The translations under genes and the position numbers were made by a program. The notes beneath the pieces are model-generated. The model saw nothing but the letters and a program-made list of their open reading frames with translations, had not been told where the DNA came from and did no database searches. This document shows, in pieces, positions 1 through 7,031 of a stretch of DNA of 16,301 nt. The DNA is from an uncultured Candidatus Poseidoniales archaeon (lineage in GTDB: Archaea > Thermoplasmatota > Poseidoniia > Poseidoniales > Thalassarchaeaceae). The DNA lies in the NCBI GenBank assembly GCA_964645485.1, contig CAZXZO010000001.1, positions 145,868 through 162,168 of the forward strand, read 5' to 3'. Position 1 is the stretch's first letter, and every line of letters begins with the position of its first letter.

Positions 1-2
1 CA

Positions 3-287
3 AACCGTTTTAAGGAACCTCGCTCAAGAATAGGTTTGATGGCAACGGGATTTTTTCGCGGCTTGATTCTAGGCGGGTTGGCATTGCCGCTTTTTATTGG
101 TGTTGATATCGCATCTGAAATTACTGCGGCTTTGATTGTAGGAGCATTAATGGGGATTGTTCTTGTGATTATTTTACGGCTTGTAATTGTGACAGCGATA
201 TTGTGTGCAGAAAATCCTCCAAAATCTTCTGCTGTGAAGTTAATTTGTGATGTTGAGGTCGAAAATGAGTATCATGCAACGCTTTAA
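3..287 (+). CDS. 3' end of an integral membrane protein, truncated by the left window edge; function unknown
   Basis: The frame of the 36..287 ORF stays open to base 3 (NRFKEPRSRIGLMATG...), so the track's start is probably not the real one. There are 2-3 hydrophobic stretches (GLILGGLALPLFIGV; AALIVGALMGIVLVIILRLVIVTAIL) and the stop is TAA at 285-287. Confidence 0.7.
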   Translation, partial: NRFKEPRSRIGLMATGFFRGLILGGLALPLFIGVDIASEITAALIVGALMGIVLVIILRLVIVTAILCAENPPKSSAVKLICDVEVENEYHATL

Positions 288-365
288 CGTTGCTTTTTCT
301 AGCATGGAATTCATTGAATCAAAGAATCTCACATTCAGACATGGAAGCGCAATCGGTATAGGTGG

Positions 366-3300
366 ATGTTGATTGTTGGGTCTATGACCCAGAGTCAAGT
401 AAGGCATTCTTTGCTTCTCGTTTTCCTCTTGTTGGTAAGCACGGTTGGTATTCATTTTTCATTAGCAATCAATCCAACCTTAGCAGATGGCGAATCAACA
501 TTGAGTTCTAGTCCTAACTCAATGGACGTATTGATGATGGGAAATTCATATACTCAAGGGAATAATCTTGAATCGTTAACTGAATCCTTGTTAACGAATG
601 ATTTCGCTAATTCAAATGTTGATAGATTAGCCGCAGGCGGTTTGAATCTAGCCGACCACTCAAATCGAGTGCAAACATCTGGCCATCAGTGGAATACTAC
701 TCTCAATAATGGGAATTATGATTGGGTCGTTTTACAAGACCAAAGCCAAATACCTAGTTTCCCAACCACTTCACAATATTGGCAGGACAGTTTGTCAGGG
801 GCAGTAGCCCTAAATGACGTGATTGAGGATAATGGTGCAGAAACACTCCTCCTAATGACTTGGGGTCGGAGAAATGGTGACCAAGACAACCAATGGCGAA
901 ATCCAGACTTTTTGACAATGCAAGCGAATTTGGATTCTGGTTATCGGCTTTTTGCAGAAAATATCAGCACATCTAACCGTCCGGTTTGGATAGTTCCAGC
1001 GGGATTAGCATTCAAGCATATTTATGATGAAATTGTAGCATCTGGTGGCACGCCTGAAAACTCCGGCACTTTGTTTTCTGACCTATATTCATCTGATGGA
1101 AGCCACCCATCATTATCAGGTAGTTATCTAACATCCCTTGTTGTTTATGCAACTATTTCCGGTTCAAACCCAGTTGGATTGAATGGCCCATCTAGCCTAA
1201 GTTCATCACGCATTCTTGAATTGCAAGAAGCCGCTGCAGCAACTGTGTTTAACAACACACAAAATTTGGTATATCCATGGCATCGGGCATCTTCTACAAC
1301 TTTTTCAAATGGTAATTCTAGTGTTGTTTTACACCCAGCCCTCAATGAGACAGCAGAATTGACTCACCGGCCAGGGCAAAGAATTGACAGCGCAAGTCTT
1401 AATCTCACAGCTGGAGGATTACAGGAGTGGTCAAACACGACCAACCAGATGAGTACTTTGGCTCCTAATTCAACCATGATAGGAACCACTGTTGACACAA
1501 CCCAGCAACTCAGATTAAACACCACAGGCGCAGGAAATGTGCCTAACTCAGGCACAAATAATACAGTAATTTCTAATTCAGTTACAATGAGTGGAAATCA
1601 TTCCTACGATACTTTACACCTCTTATGCGGAATTCAAACTTGTGGCCAAATTTCAGTATCTGGTGGTCCATTACGAATATACGCTAATGTGATCAAAATT
1701 GAGTTAGGAGCATCGATAATTGCTGATGAATTAGTTATCGGTAATTGGGGTGTAGGCGGTTCTACTGCGCGCGCCACTAACGGAAAAAGTCCCGGTGCGG
1801 GTGGTGGAAGTCACGGTACAAGTGGTGGAGCAGGCGGAGGCACAAATGGTGGTTCAGGTGGGACAACCTACGGCAATGGCTCAGAACCCGGTTCTTCAGG
1901 TGGTAATGTCACTTATATCAACTCAAACGGGGGTGTTTCAAACGATGCAAACGGCGGTAATGGAGGCGGCGTTGTCGAATTATACGCTCGTGTTATCTAC
2001 ATGAATGGTTCAATTTCAGCAAATGGTGGACGCGGTGATGATGGTGCACCACCCAGTGGTGGCACTGGTCCGGGAGGAAGTGGTGCAGGTGGAGGAAGCG
2101 GTGGCTCAATATCTCTCATGGCAAATAGCATCTACATCGGTCCAAACGGAGTAATAAGTGCTGATGGAGGCGACGGCGGAGATGGAGAGGATGGCGTTTG
2201 TGCGGCTGGTGGTCCTTGCTTATTCATGTATGATGGCGGCCATGGAGGTGGAGGTGGTGCTGGCGGAATTATTTTGTTAGCAACCACTGCTAATAATTTG
2301 AATAATAACGGGGCTACGAGTGTGTCTCCGGGTTCAGGTGGTTCTGGCGGCGCACCTTATGGGACGGGGACTGCCGGTTCAGCAGGATACAATGGCAACG
2401 CCGGCTATTCTTTCACTGGAACATTCGCCGGCTGGACAGGCTCTCTTGCCTACATTTACAGTGGAAATTACACGAGCCCTATCATGGGACGTCAAGGCCT
2501 AATCAATGTTCATGGTGTTGTCAGAGTTCCAAATAGCCAACCTGCTAACACCTCAATAATTGCCACTTATCGATACTCTGTAGATGGTTCATCTTGGTCA
2601 CAATGGGACTCCTTCAATCTTACTTTTGAGGAACTGCCACCTTTCTCTCTAATCCAATTCAATTTTTGGCTTTCTACAACCAATAATACTTCAACTCCAA
2701 GAGTTAACTCTATTGATTTAGATTTGTCAAATTGGTATTCCATAGATGATTTCAGGCTATCAATATCTAACGTAACCGGTGGCGCACCAATTTGGTATTT
2801 CCCACAAAACCTAGGGGTTGTTAGGAACATAACTGCAATCGCAAATCCTGGGTCCACCACGCTTAGGACTTTTGTCCCTGCTGATGCCACTCCAATTGGC
2901 TCAGGATGGATACACGTCATCCCACCAACTTTCATTGTTGATTCAAATGTGACATTTTCAGTTGGTGGTACCACTATCCTTTCAATCAACAGTAGTCAAA
3001 TTCCTGCAATGGGCTTGACGGTTGAGTTGAATGCTTCCCTTCTGCAAAATAATTGGAAAAATAATATTTTCACATCAAATGGAACTGCGGGTATAGCGTG
3101 GGCGAATTTAGAGTTAGATTGTACAGCACAAGGTCCGTATATGGGTGGTTTTTCTAGTTCGTTTGCTATATTACCATATGAGTTAACTGAAACTTTAGGG
3201 GTTAATGGCTCTATTGTTTCTGCACTAAACGACCATGTAAACCGGACTAGTGGGCGATGGGCTGAAGCAACTTTCAGTACATTCCCTGTGATGGCCCAAG

Positions 3301-6125
3301 GGGTTACATTAGATTCTCACGAGATTGTATTGGATGAACTTTCACTCAACTTTATTGATGACATTCTTCCAGAAGTTAGTTCAATATCCTTCTTTGTTGA
3401 TGGTCAAGAAGTAACAGAGGCTAGAGTTGGTGATTTAGTTGAGATACGTGTCAATGTACTCGGCAACGAATCTGATGTTACAATAGACTGGCACTTGCAG
3501 GGGCTAGGAACCATTTCTTCATGGCCTCCGGCATCACTTTCAACCATGAGTTGGGATACCCTTCAAAATAATTACATTGCATTTTATGACACATCTCAGC
3601 ATTCTGCTGAGTACGGTGACTCCATGGCCTTGTGGCTTTGGATGACAGATGCTGGAGGTAATTCCCGCACACCTTCAGGGGTAGGTGCGTGGTATGAGGT
3701 ATTGATTTTGAGGCCGGTCCTTCCAGAGTTTGATTTGATTTCTGTAGGTGGCTGTGAGAGAGTTATTGTCGCTATTTGTGAGACTCAACCCGGAGATGAA
3801 TTGGTATTCCAAGCGACTGCCGTTCAGAATCGAACAGATCTCAATGTGTTCGTACATTTGATTAATCCAATTGATACAGATGATGATTTCGTAATCCCAC
3901 TTTATTGGCACGACGCTTCAAAAGTTTATGACGGGTCTACCTCACTTTCCAATGCTGAATTGGGTTGGTGGGATATTAGTTTCAGAATTATAGACCTAAA
4001 TTTGAATGAAGAAAATTGGTCATCAGCGGTAATTGATAAATTGCATCTTATCGATTCAACCCCGCCAAATGAAGGGCCATTAACAGTGGTGAGTGAAGAT
4101 AACTCAAGTATTTCTTGGAAGGTATCGGCTCAATGGTTAGCCACATCACATGATAATTCATCTGCAAGTTTAGACATCATTGGGCCTGCAGGTTACCAGC
4201 AAACAATCCCTCTAACTGGCTCAATAATCAGCGACCCGCTCAACATCTCATCCTATGTTGCTCTAGGTTCGGAGGAAACAATGGGTACTGGGGCTTCAAA
4301 TTCGAATAATAGTACGACAGGGATTATTTTTTACGAATTAAACCAAACTTGGCCAGGCCTTACTCTGACAAATATCTCAGACTCCTGGGGTTCAGTTACC
4401 ACATTCCTCTCAAAACAATATGATATTACAGCAGCAAATCCAGATATTATTACAATTATTCCAATCCGTGATTACACATCTTCATCATCTAGCGTTTGGC
4501 AATCATCTTATCCAACTCTGCTTGATAATTTGGCATCTACAGGGGCTCAAATTTACATCGGGGTAATGGAAATTGACCCTGATTATATCTGTCATATTGG
4601 TTCAGGTCCAGCAGGTTGTATCCAATATGGGGAATTCCAAACTATCACGGAAAAGAACAGAATTATCACCGAAATAGCTGCATCAAGGTCATGGGTGACC
4701 TTAGTTCCACTCTCTGATGATGGGCCTGAGCATCCCGAGTGGAAGGATTCAAACGATTTCTTCACTGATGCTGGACACCGTGCACTTGGGGATGCAATGT
4801 TACATGGGATAAATGCGGAAATAGATGCTCGATATTTCACTCTCGAGGCGAACTACACTCTGGATTTGTCGCCTCTATCTCCTGGTGACTATGAATTTGA
4901 AATGCAAGTAATTGACCAGTTTGGTAATATCGCCAATGATGGAGTCACAGGCCCCGATGCTACAATGACGCTACTTCCAGATGAGGATATTTTGTCTTTG
5001 GTCATGCAGTCATCTGCTCCAGAAGTTTTGCATCCCGGTCCCTTTGACATTTCATATGATGCAATATGCTCAATTGGTTGCTCAATGGAACTGGAAATTT
5101 CTCTAAATGGGGAATTAATCGAGGTGGTCCAACCAACTGGGGGTGCGGGAACCTACACCGTCACTATTCCAACAATAGGAATTCATACAATTTCTTTGGT
5201 GCTTTCTACATCAGATTGGCAAGTAAATTCACAAACAGCATCTCTAGATGTCTTTGCAACGCCCCCACCTGCTCCTGAATGGCGCATTTCATGTAACAAT
5301 TTTGACGAGGAACTTACGTTGCCAAGTATAGCGTATAATGGGAAAATAGGGAACTTTACTTCATCTACTCATTTCATAAAATGTACAGTTACAAATAGTG
5401 GTGATGCAAACGGATTTGTCCAAATTTCTCCGAATTCATCCATGCAACCTTTCGTTTGCACACCTACAGTTTTCGAGATATCACCTGCCGGTAGGGCAGA
5501 ATATGATTGCACTGCAGAAGAGAGTTCTGAAACATCGGGAATCTTCCCAATTTCATTAGAATTTGAAGAAGTTGGCCTGTCCGCCAACACCTCAATTGGG
5601 AGTTGGGAAACGACTGTAGTGATGCTTTCACCACGCTTTGTTGCAGATGAGATTGTTGATGACAACGAGCCGGAAGAAGATGGAGGTTCCTCAACCGAGG
5701 TCGCGGGTAAAACCCCTTTCAACTGGATGGTTTCAGCATTTGTTTTGATGTTAGTTGGAATTGGAGCAATCAGCGTGATGTTTGCAATGCGTGATAGGAA
5801 AGAACCAGAGATGCTTGAAGTCAATCAGGATTCTCTTTTCAACGATAAAATGGGTTCAAGGCAAGCAGCAGCAGAGTTGGAATCTATCCACCCTTCAATC
5901 GCTGGTCTGCGAGAGGAATCAACAGAATTAACTTCTGAAACAACTCAACCCGACTTATCTCCAAACAATGTCATTTCAGTTGATGAAACAGGAATTATAG
6001 ATTCTTATCTAGATTTGCCAGGTGGCGGAGAATATCACGTGACCGATGGAATTACTGTTTATGAGCACCCAGACGGGTCTCGATGGCAGCAAGAAGATGA
6101 TGGAAAATTCCGACTACTTGAGTAA
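366..6125 (+). CDS. Giant secreted, C-terminally membrane-anchored protein: SGNH/GDSL (DUF4886-like) hydrolase, Gly-rich repeat domain, Ig-like stalk, degenerate second SGNH domain, TM helix and cytoplasmic tail
   Basis: Uninterrupted 1919-codon ORF. Signal-peptide-like N-terminus (RHSLLLVFLLLVSTVGIHFSLA), with an alternative start at ATG 384. SGNH motifs: VLMMGNSYT (GNS 540-548), WDWVVLQDQSQ, LLMTWGR, IVPAGLAF, DGSHPSLSGSYL (DGSH 1095-1106). Ig-like DxxPP...DxxGN motifs. TM helix at 5724-5789 followed by RDRK and a 111-aa tail. Confidence 0.9.
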   Translation: MLIVGSMTQSQVRHSLLLVFLLLVSTVGIHFSLAINPTLADGESTLSSSPNSMDVLMMGNSYTQGNNLESLTESLLTNDFANSNVDRLAAGGLNLADHSNRVQTSGHQWNTTLNNGNYDWVVLQDQSQIPSFPTTSQYWQDSLSGAVALNDVIEDNGAETLLLMTWGRRNGDQDNQWRNPDFLTMQANLDSGYRLFAENISTSNRPVWIVPAGLAFKHIYDEIVASGGTPENSGTLFSDLYSSDGSHPSLSGSYLTSLVVYATISGSNPVGLNGPSSLSSSRILELQEAAAATVFNNTQNLVYPWHRASSTTFSNGNSSVVLHPALNETAELTHRPGQRIDSASLNLTAGGLQEWSNTTNQMSTLAPNSTMIGTTVDTTQQLRLNTTGAGNVPNSGTNNTVISNSVTMSGNHSYDTLHLLCGIQTCGQISVSGGPLRIYANVIKIELGASIIADELVIGNWGVGGSTARATNGKSPGAGGGSHGTSGGAGGGTNGGSGGTTYGNGSEPGSSGGNVTYINSNGGVSNDANGGNGGGVVELYARVIYMNGSISANGGRGDDGAPPSGGTGPGGSGAGGGSGGSISLMANSIYIGPNGVISADGGDGGDGEDGVCAAGGPCLFMYDGGHGGGGGAGGIILLATTANNLNNNGATSVSPGSGGSGGAPYGTGTAGSAGYNGNAGYSFTGTFAGWTGSLAYIYSGNYTSPIMGRQGLINVHGVVRVPNSQPANTSIIATYRYSVDGSSWSQWDSFNLTFEELPPFSLIQFNFWLSTTNNTSTPRVNSIDLDLSNWYSIDDFRLSISNVTGGAPIWYFPQNLGVVRNITAIANPGSTTLRTFVPADATPIGSGWIHVIPPTFIVDSNVTFSVGGTTILSINSSQIPAMGLTVELNASLLQNNWKNNIFTSNGTAGIAWANLELDCTAQGPYMGGFSSSFAILPYELTETLGVNGSIVSALNDHVNRTSGRWAEATFSTFPVMAQGVTLDSHEIVLDELSLNFIDDILPEVSSISFFVDGQEVTEARVGDLVEIRVNVLGNESDVTIDWHLQGLGTISSWPPASLSTMSWDTLQNNYIAFYDTSQHSAEYGDSMALWLWMTDAGGNSRTPSGVGAWYEVLILRPVLPEFDLISVGGCERVIVAICETQPGDELVFQATAVQNRTDLNVFVHLINPIDTDDDFVIPLYWHDASKVYDGSTSLSNAELGWWDISFRIIDLNLNEENWSSAVIDKLHLIDSTPPNEGPLTVVSEDNSSISWKVSAQWLATSHDNSSASLDIIGPAGYQQTIPLTGSIISDPLNISSYVALGSEETMGTGASNSNNSTTGIIFYELNQTWPGLTLTNISDSWGSVTTFLSKQYDITAANPDIITIIPIRDYTSSSSSVWQSSYPTLLDNLASTGAQIYIGVMEIDPDYICHIGSGPAGCIQYGEFQTITEKNRIITEIAASRSWVTLVPLSDDGPEHPEWKDSNDFFTDAGHRALGDAMLHGINAEIDARYFTLEANYTLDLSPLSPGDYEFEMQVIDQFGNIANDGVTGPDATMTLLPDEDILSLVMQSSAPEVLHPGPFDISYDAICSIGCSMELEISLNGELIEVVQPTGGAGTYTVTIPTIGIHTISLVLSTSDWQVNSQTASLDVFATPPPAPEWRISCNNFDEELTLPSIAYNGKIGNFTSSTHFIKCTVTNSGDANGFVQISPNSSMQPFVCTPTVFEISPAGRAEYDCTAEESSETSGIFPISLEFEEVGLSANTSIGSWETTVVMLSPRFVADEIVDDNEPEEDGGSSTEVAGKTPFNWMVSAFVLMLVGIGAISVMFAMRDRKEPEMLEVNQDSLFNDKMGSRQAAAELESIHPSIAGLREESTELTSETTQPDLSPNNVISVDETGIIDSYLDLPGGGEYHVTDGITVYEHPDGSRWQQEDDGKFRLLE
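1752..2420 (+). repeat. Glycine-rich repeat domain inside the first giant protein
   Basis: Three imperfect units alternate Gly runs with a hydrophobic strand: GGNGGGVVELYARVIYMNGSISANGGRG, GGGSGGSISLMANSIYIGPNGVISADGGDG and GGGGAGGIILLATTANNLNNNGATSVSPGSG. GGx-rich linkers join them. Confidence 0.85.
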
Positions 6126-6160
6126 ATCTAATTTAATAAATGATGATGGATTTCAAGTCA

Positions 6161-6184
6161 TTTTAACGGTTGGTTCAAGAACCA
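6161..6184 (+). promoter_or_regulatory. Putative TATA box (TTTTAA) followed by a palindrome TGGTTC-AA-GAACCA (possible operator)
   Basis: TTTTAA lies at 6161-6166, about 40 nt upstream of GTG 6204. Perfect 6-bp inverted arms at 6171-6176 and 6179-6184 lie immediately downstream of it. Confidence 0.4.
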
Positions 6185-6203
6185 CCTCTATCCGCTATAG
6201 GTC

Positions 6204-6836
6204 GTGGTAGACGAAATTCGCTCCTGCTATCGGTTCCGCTCGCCCGAAAATGACATCGTCATTTTGATTGAAGGCGAAATGGATTGGGTTGCTTCTTGGA
6301 GGGAGAAAATAGGTCTCGCGGGTATCGGCCTACTTGAGCGCCTCAACATCGGTTCAGATGACGACCCGATAATTTCCTCCTCTTCGTCAACAGGTAGGGC
6401 CAGTAAACCACTTCCTGGACCAACTCCAAACCCTGAGAGTGTGTTAACCGTACGCAGAATAATCGGCGAGTTAAACATCGAAGAAGAGATGAATAAAATT
6501 GGAATCTACAAAGAAGAATCACCTAGTGCAAATGATCTGAGGTCAATTCTAGATGAATATGATGAAGCGCCAAAGCCACCACAGGGTTCGCCATCAACTG
6601 AACCAGTAGCCGAAGGGTGGCTGCGTGAGGCTCTGCGAATTGCAGTTCGTAGATTCGGTGTGATGGCTCTGCCGGTAGATGTTATTGTTGAAACAATTCA
6701 TGGCCGACATGATTTGGATGATGAACTTGTTGAGGGCTGGTTAGAGACACAATACCAACTAGGAAAGTTGGTCAAAATTTACGGTGGGACAAGAGAAGGA
6801 TTTGGGCCTTCTCCGACCTGGCTTGACGCGGTTTAA
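6204..6836 (+). CDS. Cytoplasmic hypothetical protein, 210 aa, with a putative C-terminal winged helix-turn-helix
   Basis: The ORF fills the gap between the two giant genes, starts at GTG and has no signal peptide or TM segment. It has two folded-looking regions separated by S/P-rich linkers. The C-terminal pattern is helix (WLREALRIAVRR), helix (VDVIVETI), helix (DELVEGWLETQYQLG), then beta wing (KLVKIYGGTREGFGP). Confidence 0.8.
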   Translation: MVDEIRSCYRFRSPENDIVILIEGEMDWVASWREKIGLAGIGLLERLNIGSDDDPIISSSSSTGRASKPLPGPTPNPESVLTVRRIIGELNIEEEMNKIGIYKEESPSANDLRSILDEYDEAPKPPQGSPSTEPVAEGWLREALRIAVRRFGVMALPVDVIVETIHGRHDLDDELVEGWLETQYQLGKLVKIYGGTREGFGPSPTWLDAV

Positions 6837-6892
6837 TCCGGATGTAAAATGACCCAATTTATCAATCTAAAATCAGACATAAAATCACCTCA

Positions 6893-6898
6893 TTTTTT
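6893..6898 (+). terminator. Possible archaeal oligo-T terminator for the 6204..6836 gene
   Basis: A T6 tract lies about 57 nt after the stop codon. Archaeal intrinsic terminators are oligo-T tracts, but a single short tract is weak evidence. Confidence 0.25.
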
Positions 6899-6911
6899 GG
6901 CTGATACGCGA

Positions 6912-6932
6912 CGGTGTGGGAAACTAACACCG
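6912..6932 (+). other. Intergenic hairpin capped by a GAAA (GNRA) tetraloop
   Basis: CGGTGT-GG-GAAA-CT-A-ACACCG gives a 6-bp outer stem, a bulged A, G-U and G-C pairs, and a GAAA loop. Confidence 0.45.
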
Positions 6933-7031
6933 ATAATTAATAAACGTTGTACTGAAAGCCAATTGAGATAGCATTTTTCGCACACGCGCACGAAAGGGGT
7001 AATAAGAACATGCAAAGTCGGTAGGTCTTGT

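Noticed and set aside
1752-2420. PE-PGRS or collagen-like assignment for the Gly-rich region
   Set aside because: There is no PE domain and no sustained Gly-X-Y triplet register. The regular beta-strand interruptions indicate a different architecture.
6979-7030. Superficial resemblance to a c-di-GMP-I (GEMM) riboswitch (CGAAAG...GCAAAG...GGTAGGT)
   Set aside because: The required paired stems and the GGCAAACC-type element cannot be built, so it is most likely coincidence.
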